From positions 64,001-128,000 of the forward strand of contig JBGUGD010000004.1 of the NCBI GenBank assembly GCA_041697335.1: DNA of 64,000 nt. The letters run 5' to 3'. The notes below the pieces were generated by a model. The model saw nothing but the letters and a program-made list of their open reading frames with translations. It did not search any database and was not told where the DNA came from. Made by a program: the position numbers and the translations under genes. Shown one piece after another: positions 17,659 to 25,676 of the stretch (its first letter is position 1; every line of letters starts with the position of its first letter). The DNA comes from Vampirovibrionaceae bacterium NZW_1234 (GTDB lineage: Bacteria; Cyanobacteriota; Vampirovibrionia; Vampirovibrionales; JAGQHJ01).

Positions 17659-18897
17659 ATGAGAATTGGAACAGGAATGAACACCGGTGATATTGCTTGG
17701 GTTTTAATGTCGTCGTGTCTGATTATGCTAATGACACCCGCGGTTGGCTTGTTTTATGGCGGCATGGTGCGTCGTAAAAACCTGCTATCGACGATTATGC
17801 TTAGTTTTTCTGTTTTGATTGTCATTACCCTGCAATGGGTTCTCTTCGGCTATAGTTTGTCGTTCGGGCCCGACAAAGGGCACCTGATTGGCGGTTTGGA
17901 GTGGTTTGCGTTAAACGGCGTGGGCGAAATGCCTCATGCCGTTTATGCTGCGACGATTCCCCATATGGCGTTTATGATGTTTCAGATGAAATTTGCGGTC
18001 ATTACGCCAGCACTCATCTCAGGGGCTTTTGTTGAGCGAGTGCGTTTCAGTGCGTTTTTAATTTTCATGGTGCTGTGGTCCACCCTGGTGTATGACCCCA
18101 TGGCTCACTGGATGTGGGGCGAAGGCGGCTGGCTCCGAAATTTGGGGGCCCTTGATTTTGCGGGTGGGACCGTCATTCATATTACCTCGGGTGTGGCTGC
18201 GCTAACGGCAGCACTTGTCATTCGAAAGCGAAAAGGCTATGGGCGCATCAATTATGAACCCTACAGTATTGTCTTAACCCTTTTGGGCTCTATTTTATTG
18301 TGGTTTGGGTGGTTTGGCTTCAACGGTGGCAGTGCTCTGGCCGCCAATGGTGTGGCTGTGCATGCCATTATCACCACCAATGTGGCGGCAGCGGCCTCGG
18401 CACTTACATGGATGATTATCAGTTGGCGCTCCCATCGGCCCGGCGTCATGGGCGTTGCCACGGGTACTGTTGTAGGTTTAGTAGCCATTACACCAGCATG
18501 TGGCTATGTGGGCATACTGCCTGCCATTATTATTGGTATCGGCGGCGCTCTGACATCCTATAGCTGTATTTTGCTTCGGAATAAATGGAATATTGATGAG
18601 ACCCTGGATGTGTGGGCCTGTCATGGGATGGCCGGGACCTGGGGGGCTATTGCAACGGGGATATTCGCAAGTAAGGCCATCAATCCCAATGGAGCCGATG
18701 GCTTAATGTATGGCAATGTCAATCTGTTTTTGGTCCAGTTGGCCTCGGTTGTCGTGGCCTGGGTCTTTTCGGCGGCGATGACCTTTCTGATTGCCAAAGC
18801 CATCAGCAAAACATGGGGCTTAAGTGTGGGTGAGGCCGAGGAAGAAGTGGGCCTGGATATTTCCCAACACGGTGAAGAAGCCTATGCAAGCGTCTAA
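17659..18897 (+). CDS. amtB: ammonium transporter (start may be ATG 17677)
   Basis: DFAGGTVIH, LWFGWFGFNGGS, second conserved His in ACHG, GLDISQHGEEAY. Confidence 0.96.
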   Translation: MRIGTGMNTGDIAWVLMSSCLIMLMTPAVGLFYGGMVRRKNLLSTIMLSFSVLIVITLQWVLFGYSLSFGPDKGHLIGGLEWFALNGVGEMPHAVYAATIPHMAFMMFQMKFAVITPALISGAFVERVRFSAFLIFMVLWSTLVYDPMAHWMWGEGGWLRNLGALDFAGGTVIHITSGVAALTAALVIRKRKGYGRINYEPYSIVLTLLGSILLWFGWFGFNGGSALAANGVAVHAIITTNVAAAASALTWMIISWRSHRPGVMGVATGTVVGLVAITPACGYVGILPAIIIGIGGALTSYSCILLRNKWNIDETLDVWACHGMAGTWGAIATGIFASKAINPNGADGLMYGNVNLFLVQLASVVVAWVFSAAMTFLIAKAISKTWGLSVGEAEEEVGLDISQHGEEAYASV

Positions 18898-18915
18898 TAG
18901 GGAGCATCGACCGCA

Positions 18916-19275
18916 ATGAAGAAGATCGAAGCCATTATTAAAGAAGAAAACCTGGATGCCGTGAAAGACGCCCTTGAGGCAGCAGGTTTTATTGGGATGA
19001 CCGTCTATTCCGTCAAAGGTCGGGGAATGGGCGGGGGGATCACCCTGGAATGGCGAGCCGGGACCTACAAAGTGGATTTCCTCCACAAGATTATGCTGAT
19101 GATTGTTGTTCCCGAGTCGGACTATCAGAAGGTGGTGGATATCATTGTCGAGATTTGCCGGGCTGATGTTGCCAGCGGGGCTGGAAAAATATTTGTTTCC
19201 ACCGTCGACGAGGTTATTCGCATTCGGACAGGGGAGCGTAACGAGGCTGCGTTGACCGGCAGCTCCAGGGCATGA
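18916..19275 (+). CDS. glnK: nitrogen regulatory P-II protein (amt-linked, GlnK-like)
   Basis: MKKIEAII...GAGKIFVS...RIRTGE; directly downstream of amt. Confidence 0.9.
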   Translation: MKKIEAIIKEENLDAVKDALEAAGFIGMTVYSVKGRGMGGGITLEWRAGTYKVDFLHKIMLMIVVPESDYQKVVDIIVEICRADVASGAGKIFVSTVDEVIRIRTGERNEAALTGSSRA

Positions 19276-19406
19276 TTGTCTAGAGCGTTTTTCAAATTTG
19301 TTCTATGGGGATGAAACGGCAGATTCTGCCGTTCCTCGCGTCTGGGCAATCGGTATGTATGGATGGAGGTCAAAGGGTCAAAAGGCGACTTTTTTAGGGC
19401 CTTGTC

Positions 19407-19441
19407 AAAAACCGCCCGGAGAAAAGTATCCGAGCGGTTTT
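19407..19441. terminator. bidirectional terminator
   Basis: AAAACCGCCCGGA...TCCGAGCGGTTTT. Confidence 0.7.
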
Positions 19442-19463
19442 AATATGATTTATTTGGAGTGGC

Positions 19464-20948
19464 TTAGCCTTCGTCATCCGTTTGCGGAGGCTCGGCTTGA
19501 GTTTGAGCTTCGCTTTGAGGAGCTGCATCGGCTGCTGTGCCACCATTGGTTGCGCCGCCTTGACCACCCGTCACGTTGAGCGCATATAAACCGAGGTTTT
19601 CGACTTTGCCGGTCTCTTTGTTACGCTTTTCGAAGGTGGTGTCGGCTTGACTCAACAGATCGTTGCCACGACCATCAAAGTTGCGCCGTAAGCTTTTAGC
19701 ATCATCACCCACGGTCATCTTGATGATACCGGCTTGGGATAAGCTCATAGCTGTTGAGTTAAAGCCACTGGTCTTGATTTTTAGACCGTAGTCTTTCTCG
19801 AGTTTGGCCAGATCTTTTTCATCCAAGACATCATCTTTGTCCGAGATGAGATTTTCTTTCTTTGCGATGGCTTTAAGGGCATCATAGCCATCTTTAATAT
19901 TGGCATTGGTAATGCCGAACTTTGACAGGTCCGTGTTGACCCCCAGGGTTTCTGTGAGGTTTTCACCGGAGATACCGTCTTTATCAGCATCAATGACCAG
20001 TAGACCTTGACCATTGGCAATATCGTTTAAGGTCACTCGGTTCTGGTTGTTGCGATCGGTGGCAACTTGAACCGACTTATCGCTGGTAAGTTTGCCATCT
20101 TTTTTCAAATCCAGGACCAAGGGCGTGCCACTGGGCTCTTTTGGCTTGGGTGGCGGGGTTGGGCCAGGTTTTGGACCGGGCTTAGGACCGGGTTTCGGTT
20201 TTTCCTCTTCCTCATCCTCCATCAAGGTAATGAGGAGGGCGATTAGAGCAAAGAGGAATTGCGGATTTTGTTGCTGCGGCTGCGGCTTCGGTTGCGGTTG
20301 AGGTTGTGGAAGCGGCATTGGCATTGGCGCCGGAGTGGGTACCGGAACAATGATGGGTTGAATAATGGGTTGCTGGGGTTCAGGGGTGGGTAAGCCTACA
20401 GGGAAGCCACCTCCTGGGAACCCTCCAGGCGACCATCCACCTGGAAATCCTCCGCCCGGGAACCCTCCAGGTGACCATCCACCTGGGAATCCTCCACCTG
20501 GGAATCCTCCACCCGGGAATCCGCTACCAGGGAAGCCTCCTGGGAATCCTCCGCCTGGAAAACCACCGCCGGGAAAACCACCGGGCATACCACCGCCGGG
20601 AAATCCACCAGGCATACCGCCACCTGGAAATCCTCCGCCGGGGAAGCCGCCACCCGGGAACTGACCACCGGGAGCACCTCCGCCAGGGAACTGACCGCCA
20701 GGAACTTGGCCACCCGGTTGTTGACCACCAGGTTGTGGGCCGGGCATAGGCTGGGGTTGTTGAGGAGCTGAGAAAGGCTGATTAAAGCCACCAAACGTAG
20801 AATCCACACCGAGTTGGGGGCCACCAATCATTACCGAATAATTGAGATTCTGCTGGTTATTACCATCGTAATTAACCATATTCTGGCTAAACGTTTGGTT
20901 AAACGAATAGCTATTATTGCTCGTAAGCTGGTTATTACTATTAAACAT
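19464..20948 (-). CDS. Asn/Gly/Pro-rich protein with a C-terminal FrpC self-processing-module-like domain
   Basis: N/Q-rich N-terminus, GGFPG repeats, one hydrophobic helix, then TPLVLDLKKDG...GLLVIDADKDG...DGYDALK. Confidence 0.8.
   Translation of the reverse strand: MFNSNNQLTSNNSYSFNQTFSQNMVNYDGNNQQNLNYSVMIGGPQLGVDSTFGGFNQPFSAPQQPQPMPGPQPGGQQPGGQVPGGQFPGGGAPGGQFPGGGFPGGGFPGGGMPGGFPGGGMPGGFPGGGFPGGGFPGGFPGSGFPGGGFPGGGFPGGWSPGGFPGGGFPGGWSPGGFPGGGFPVGLPTPEPQQPIIQPIIVPVPTPAPMPMPLPQPQPQPKPQPQQQNPQFLFALIALLITLMEDEEEEKPKPGPKPGPKPGPTPPPKPKEPSGTPLVLDLKKDGKLTSDKSVQVATDRNNQNRVTLNDIANGQGLLVIDADKDGISGENLTETLGVNTDLSKFGITNANIKDGYDALKAIAKKENLISDKDDVLDEKDLAKLEKDYGLKIKTSGFNSTAMSLSQAGIIKMTVGDDAKSLRRNFDGRGNDLLSQADTTFEKRNKETGKVENLGLYALNVTGGQGGATNGGTAADAAPQSEAQTQAEPPQTDDEG
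20400..20735 (-). repeat. coding tandem repeats of GG(G)xP-type units
   Basis: About 23 Gly-rich Pro-terminated 4-5-residue units (mostly GGFPG). Confidence 0.9.
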
Positions 20949-21012
20949 GAGGCGAAACTCCTAACTCATCAAATCACAGAGAGAAAAATACACTCAATGT
21001 CTTACCTATGTG

Positions 21013-21042
21013 TATAAAAACAATTAATAAAATGTTTATGAT
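21013..21042 (-). promoter_or_regulatory. recurrent promoter-like motif, copy 2
   Basis: ATCA-N16-TGTTTTTATA upstream of the 20948 gene. Confidence 0.55.
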
Positions 21043-21124
21043 ATATTGCAAACAATTGTAAATATTTTATTAATATTGGGTGCTTTCCTAAGCTACTACG
21101 GCTTTTCGGGATTTGAAGTCGGAC

Positions 21125-21165
21125 AAAAAACGAGCCCCCTCGATCGGTTCATGGATCAGAGGGGG
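21125..21165 (-). terminator. intrinsic terminator
   Basis: CCCCCTC..GAGGGGG stem followed by TTTTTT on the minus strand. Confidence 0.65.
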
Positions 21166-21227
21166 AATACTAGTTTGACTGGGGCAGTTGATGATTAAAG
21201 CCCGTTAAGGGCTAAAATAAGTCTTGC

Positions 21228-21551
21228 TTAACAAGCCAGAGGTGATTTGGAGGCCCCTTCTTTTTTATTCATTAAAAGGGTCATCAGCACCATCATCAAC
21301 ATTATCATAAGGTTATTGTTGCTGTTTTTGGGCGCATCGGTTTTTGGGGCTTTAGGGGTTTCAGGCAATGATGGAGGAGATATCACAATCCCTGGGAGCG
21401 TCACAATGGGAGGGAGAAGACGCGGGTTCGATTCGGCCAGGGGGTTACGAAACCCTTCGACACCATTATTACCAATGATCAAGTTGCTGTTTACCACCGG
21501 CAGTCCGGCAGCCATAATATTGCGAGGTGTAAGATTTGCAAGCGAAAACAT
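21228..21551 (-). CDS. small Pro-rich protein with a C-terminal Met/Leu hydrophobic helix
   Basis: TTAGGAG RBS before ATG 21551 (MFSLAN...); NNNNLMIMLMMVLMTLLMNKK. Confidence 0.7.
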   Translation of the reverse strand: MFSLANLTPRNIMAAGLPVVNSNLIIGNNGVEGFRNPLAESNPRLLPPIVTLPGIVISPPSLPETPKAPKTDAPKNSNNNLMIMLMMVLMTLLMNKKEGASKSPLAC

Positions 21552-21618
21552 ACACAGAACTCCTAACACATCAAACTGAGCACGAGAAGAACAAAGCGAT
21601 ATAATATTGTCTTGTAAA

Positions 21619-21669
21619 TATAAAAAAACAATAAAAAAGGTTTTTGATGCATTGTTACATCATGTAACA
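21619..21669 (-). promoter_or_regulatory. recurrent promoter-like motif, copy 3, with upstream palindrome
   Basis: ATCA-N16-TTTTTTTATA (21619-21648); TGTTACAT-C-ATGTAACA at 21653-21669. Confidence 0.55.
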
Positions 21670-21731
21670 GCGTGGCCCTTAAGACAGTGCTCCAGAGCAT
21701 TTGATTGAAATGCGTCGGTTAAGGATTAGGT

Positions 21732-21887
21732 TTAAACTTCTCGGCTGGAAGGAGAGTAGGTATCTGCAGCAGGTTGGCCGGTATTGAAGGTAAAGGTGCG
21801 AAATCCGTCCATCCAGGATTCCATAAGACGTTTTCGGTTTTGAGAAAGCTCAGCGGCAATCATTCCGGTCCAGAACTGCAGCATCAT
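21732..21887 (-). CDS. small hypothetical protein (51 aa), not in the ORF track
   Basis: CAGGAG RBS; MMLQFWTGMIAAELSQNRKRLMESWMDGFRTFTFNTGQPAADTYSPSSREV. Confidence 0.55.
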   Translation of the reverse strand: MMLQFWTGMIAAELSQNRKRLMESWMDGFRTFTFNTGQPAADTYSPSSREV

Positions 21888-21985
21888 GGTGTAAAAAATC
21901 TCCTGATGTCCGTAGTTTTAGGATACCGCAGTTGGAAGGCATTGGCTATTAACGCAAGCTTAAGATTGTCGATGTCGTTATGGGA

Positions 21986-22090
21986 CAAAAATAAATTAGC
22001 GCAGGCCCGGCTTGTTAAAGAGTCGCACATCGTCAATACAGCGCATTAAGTGTGGGACTCGCCTGGGCCTGCGCTAAATTTGAATTCTGT
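21986..22090 (-). ncRNA. candidate structured RNA or leader
   Basis: 13-bp perfect outer stem 21996-22008/22065-22077, inner GAGUC/GACUC stem, then UUUAUUUUU; starts just after motif copy 4. Confidence 0.5.
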
Positions 22091-22095
22091 ATTTG

Positions 22096-22125
22096 AATAA
22101 AAACATGCTTGACCCAAAAATTGCT
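22096..22125 (-). promoter_or_regulatory. recurrent promoter-like motif, copy 4
   Basis: AGCAATTTTT-N10-TGTTTTTATT. Confidence 0.55.
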
Positions 22126-22257
22126 GACACATTTTGTTGTCTAGGGAAGTCGGTAAATGAGACAAAGCTCCTGACGTTTGGGGTGTTGGGAATTTGATTC
22201 GACCATGTGAGAATCTGGGAAAGAAGGTTATGGAAAACGAGGGAGGTGAAAACAAAG

Positions 22258-22605
22258 ATGAGGGTCCACGCAGGCATGCCAAGGATGGGTTATCGCTTTG
22301 AGGGCAGTCGACCTAGAGTCAGGGTTTCTGAAGAAGCATTTCAGCAGATTAAAGCTCGGGTTAACACGGCACTGGGTGTAACGGTAGTGACGGCCGAAGA
22401 GAAAACTCCCAATGGCAAGCACCTGTATACCACCTACAGTACTCTGGGAGAGCGAGACACCTTGTTGGCCAAGCTGAAGACTCTGGGGGCCAAAAAAATT
22501 CCAAAATCTCCATATGAATCCCAAGGCTTTATCAAGCTAAAGCTTGAGGGTGTGGTCATCAAACTGGTTGATTACACCGATTATGTTGAAATGATGGGTG
22601 GCTAG
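22258..22605 (+). CDS. hypothetical protein
   Basis: GGAGGTG RBS before ATG 22258; terminator follows. Confidence 0.7.
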   Translation: MRVHAGMPRMGYRFEGSRPRVRVSEEAFQQIKARVNTALGVTVVTAEEKTPNGKHLYTTYSTLGERDTLLAKLKTLGAKKIPKSPYESQGFIKLKLEGVVIKLVDYTDYVEMMGG

Positions 22606-22617
22606 GGAACAACGAAA

Positions 22618-22647
22618 AAGAGCGGCCTCAAATCAAGAGCCGCTCTT
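22618..22647. terminator. bidirectional terminator
   Basis: AAGAGCGGC...GCCGCTCTT between the CDS and the tRNA. Confidence 0.75.
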
Positions 22648-22667
22648 GTCAAAAAATTAAAGATAGA

Positions 22668-22751
22668 TGGTGCCGAGGACAGGACTTGAACCTGCACGAG
22701 TCTCCCCACGTGCACCTGAAGCACGCGTGTCTACCATTCCACCACCTCGGC
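22668..22751 (-). tRNA. tRNA-Leu(CAG)
   Basis: GCCGAGG acceptor stem, anticodon arm CGTGC-TTCAGGT-GCACG, long variable arm, GGTTCAAGTCC T-arm, encoded CCA. Confidence 0.97.
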
Positions 22752-22828
22752 ATAACCGGTAGGGCTTACTGGAAGCTTTGATATCTTACATCAAGAGGGT
22801 TGCCAAATGCAAACGACAGTAAACAGGC

Positions 22829-22945
22829 AAAAAAAACCCTCTCCGATTGGGAGAGGGGATTCAATTTTAGGTTGGGAGTGAGGGGGAAAATAAACTTAGT
22901 AATGCGGGGTTGTGTGTTGCAGTTCGTATTACTTACTGTTGATAG
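22829..22945 (-). ncRNA. candidate C-rich sRNA
   Basis: TTGTGC-N16-TAAAAT promoter (22950-22977); C-rich tract; CCCTCTCC/GGAGAGGG stem plus U8. Confidence 0.5.
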
Positions 22946-23394
22946 TAGTATTTTAGATCGAAAAGTGATGAGCACAACCCTAATTGAGCAGAAGGTTTAC
23001 AAATTGTTACATGTGTCTTTTGTAGAATGCCTGTCAGGACACCATTTTTTGCCACTGGTGAGGAAAAGTTTTGAGGCCGTTATCTTCGTAATGGAATTAA
23101 ACACTGTTTTAATTTGTGTTGTAATTTTTCTACTAATTTTGTAATGAATAAAAAGCAGAGTTCAGCCCAGGGCTTTGGCCCTGCCGCTTTTTATTGGGTA
23201 TATCGTGGAAACTCAGGGATGAAGTGAAGAGAAGCCTTGACGCTAAGCATAATTCTATGGGCTTCAAGGAGAATTATTCCCATTTATCTCAAAAGCGGGT
23301 ATCCCAGCGGACGAATTTCACTTGTTCGAAGGATTCGACGGTATGACACCGATATTTATAATGTGATATAAAGCAACCGATAAGGTACATTCCC

Positions 23395-24429
23395 ATGATT
23401 TCGGATTCCATTTTGAATACGGTGCGGCAGTTACAGATGTTTTTAGAGGGGTTTGGTGAAGCTACACAAGCGTATTCCATAACAGAACAGCGGCTGGAAG
23501 AAGGTATTCTTTTGGCCCATAAACTGAAAACCCGAGCCGCTATGGCCAGTGTGGCCCATGTACAGCAATATGCTGCACAAATCGAGCAATTGCTGAACGC
23601 AATGGCTATGCAGTCTCAGGTGGCTATTCAAGGGATGATTTTTGAGGCTGAGTACCCTCGCATCTACAATGCCTTTTGTCAGGCGTCAGAGGCTTACCAT
23701 AAAGCTCAAGACCAACGCAAACCGGAAGGTACGTTGGTAAATTTGGTCCATGACCTGTATGACTTGCAACGCGATGAAGAAATGGATGAGCCGGAATTGC
23801 TTTCACCCTTGCTCACTTTTTCATCCCGGCGTGCCAAAGTAACGCTATCGGAAAAGGCTTCACTGGCTCAGTTGGGTCGAAGTTTTATGCCCTGGGTGGT
23901 TCAGGCGGCCTCAGAAAATGGGAAACACATTTCAGCCCAGTTTTCTCTGCCACAGACGCTCATGGTTCGTGACGAGATCATGGATTCACTTCAAACCATC
24001 CTGATCCATTTGTTTCGAAATGCCGTGTTTCATGGGATAGAAGCCCCCGAGGATCGGGTTCAGCGGGGGAAATCTGAGACCGGTGTCATTCGTCTGAGTG
24101 CAGATGTCGAGGGGGACCATGTGATTTTGACCCTGGAAGATGACGGAAGAGGCCTATCTTCTCGCAATCCGGTGAAGACCCCCGATCTGTTTTCCTTGGA
24201 GTCAGAGCCAAGTGACCGGGTCACTGAAAATGCGGCCCTGGAAACCTCGATCTATGCGACAACAAACGTCCAAACGGGCTTGGGAATTGGCCTGCATATT
24301 GTCCAATCAAAAATGAGTCAACTGAGTGGAAGTATTGAAATAAATGCTCAGGAAAATCAAGGAACCGCTGTTGTCTTACGGCTGCCACGCTGTCATTTCC
24401 TGCATTTGGACGAGGCTATGGGCGCCTAA
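23395..24429 (+). CDS. minimal CheA-like histidine kinase (Hpt-like + HATPase)
   Basis: AHKLK Hpt-like helix; HLFRNAVFHGIE..R...GK...G, EDDGRGL, GLGIGL, QGT; no CheW domain. Confidence 0.8.
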   Translation: MISDSILNTVRQLQMFLEGFGEATQAYSITEQRLEEGILLAHKLKTRAAMASVAHVQQYAAQIEQLLNAMAMQSQVAIQGMIFEAEYPRIYNAFCQASEAYHKAQDQRKPEGTLVNLVHDLYDLQRDEEMDEPELLSPLLTFSSRRAKVTLSEKASLAQLGRSFMPWVVQAASENGKHISAQFSLPQTLMVRDEIMDSLQTILIHLFRNAVFHGIEAPEDRVQRGKSETGVIRLSADVEGDHVILTLEDDGRGLSSRNPVKTPDLFSLESEPSDRVTENAALETSIYATTNVQTGLGIGLHIVQSKMSQLSGSIEINAQENQGTAVVLRLPRCHFLHLDEAMGA

Positions 24430-24533
24430 GCGCTGTTGGTTACTGATGATGAACCTGCCCAAGAGGCTAGAAAACATTTTGTATTCAAGGTATAATATAA
24501 ATGTAAATACCAAATTAGGGATGTTATAACGGA

Positions 24534-25196
24534 TTGGTCACTACAAACACAACCGTCACGAATATAAATGAACAGGGCTTGCAGAGCTGGCTGCAGCAAC
24601 GGTTGAGTGAGCAGCGTTACCAACATTCCCTTGGGGCACAGCAAAAAGCGATTGAAATTGCCCGTAATTTTAAGCTTTCAGAGTCCATTGTTGAAAAAGC
24701 CGGTTTGGCTGGTCTTTTGCATGATGCTGCAAAGCTGTCTTCTCCTGCCGAGTTGCTGGAGATGGTAACGATGTTTAATATTGACATTTCTGATGCCGAG
24801 CGGGAGTCGCCTCAGGTGCTGCATCCCTTTGTTGGGGCGGAGTTGGCGCGATGGGAATTGAATATTCAGGACGAGGACGTCTTGAACGCGATTCGCTATC
24901 ACACCACTGGGCGTGCCGGTATGTCTGATGTGGAGAAACTGGTTTATCTTGCCGATAAGATTGAGGGAAACACTCGAAACCCCCTGTATACTCAGAAGAT
25001 TACGTCCATTTTGAATTACCAGGATCCCACGACCTTGGACAAAGCCGTTCTTTACATTATGGATTCCACAATTACGTTTCTCATCGAAAAAGGCCAGGTT
25101 ATTCATCCCAGAACCGTGGAAGCCCGAAACGACCTGGTAAACAAGCTTAAATCGGCCCAGGATATGGGTGGTTTCCCCGAAGTCACTAGAAAATAG
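24534..25196 (+). CDS. yqeK: HD-domain Ap4A hydrolase YqeK
   Basis: RYQHSLG, LLHDAAK, LH, AIRYHTTG, YLADKIE; adjacent to rsfS. Confidence 0.92.
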   Translation: MVTTNTTVTNINEQGLQSWLQQRLSEQRYQHSLGAQQKAIEIARNFKLSESIVEKAGLAGLLHDAAKLSSPAELLEMVTMFNIDISDAERESPQVLHPFVGAELARWELNIQDEDVLNAIRYHTTGRAGMSDVEKLVYLADKIEGNTRNPLYTQKITSILNYQDPTTLDKAVLYIMDSTITFLIEKGQVIHPRTVEARNDLVNKLKSAQDMGGFPEVTRK

Positions 25197-25207
25197 GAGG
25201 ATTATTT

Positions 25208-25594
25208 TTGGAAAAACAACAGCTGACATCTTTTGAGACCGCCGCTCTTGCCGCAAATTGGGCGGAAGATAAGAAGGCAAAAGATACACTGGTGTTAAAA
25301 ACCGATCATGTTTCCACATTGGCAGATTATTTTGTGATTGCATCGGTCGAAAGCCGTACCCAGATGGTGGCTTTGGCCGATTATTTGTTGAAATCATTTA
25401 AGCAGGAGAAGATTGAAACGGTTGGGTATGAGATCGATAAGGGCGGCCGTTGGACGCTGTTAGACTTTGGTGATGTGGTAATCCACCTGTTTCATCACGA
25501 AGATCGCGCCTTTTACAAGCTGGAGCGCTTTTGGAATCATGCAACAGAGGTTCCTCGGGCCATGTGGTATCAGGAAACCCGTCAGGCCTCCTAA
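25208..25594 (+). CDS. rsfS: ribosome silencing factor
   Basis: DKKAKD, ADYFVIAS, WTLLDFGDVVIHLF, RAFYKLERFW. Confidence 0.96.
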   Translation: MEKQQLTSFETAALAANWAEDKKAKDTLVLKTDHVSTLADYFVIASVESRTQMVALADYLLKSFKQEKIETVGYEIDKGGRWTLLDFGDVVIHLFHHEDRAFYKLERFWNHATEVPRAMWYQETRQAS

Positions 25595-25621
25595 AGGCAA
25601 GCTAAACTGGAACTTCAACAA

Positions 25622-25651
25622 CAATCCCCATCCGAAACCGGGTGGGGATTG
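25622..25651. terminator. terminator between convergent rsfS and bfr
   Basis: CAATCCCCA...TGGGGATTG stem. Confidence 0.7.
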
Positions 25652-25676
25652 AATTGTATTCCGAAAAAATGAAGTG

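Noticed and set aside
20400..20735. Tandem repeats as a CRISPR array
   Set aside because: In-frame 12-15-nt coding repeats with synonymous variation; no unique spacers and no cas genes
19464..22751. Genomic island integrated at tRNA-Leu
   Set aside because: No integrase and no duplicated tRNA 3' end seen; the genes share promoter motifs with distant loci, suggesting they are native
22800..23144. 114-aa plus-strand ORF
   Set aside because: TTG start without RBS; overlaps the tRNA promoter region and the minus-strand sRNA candidate
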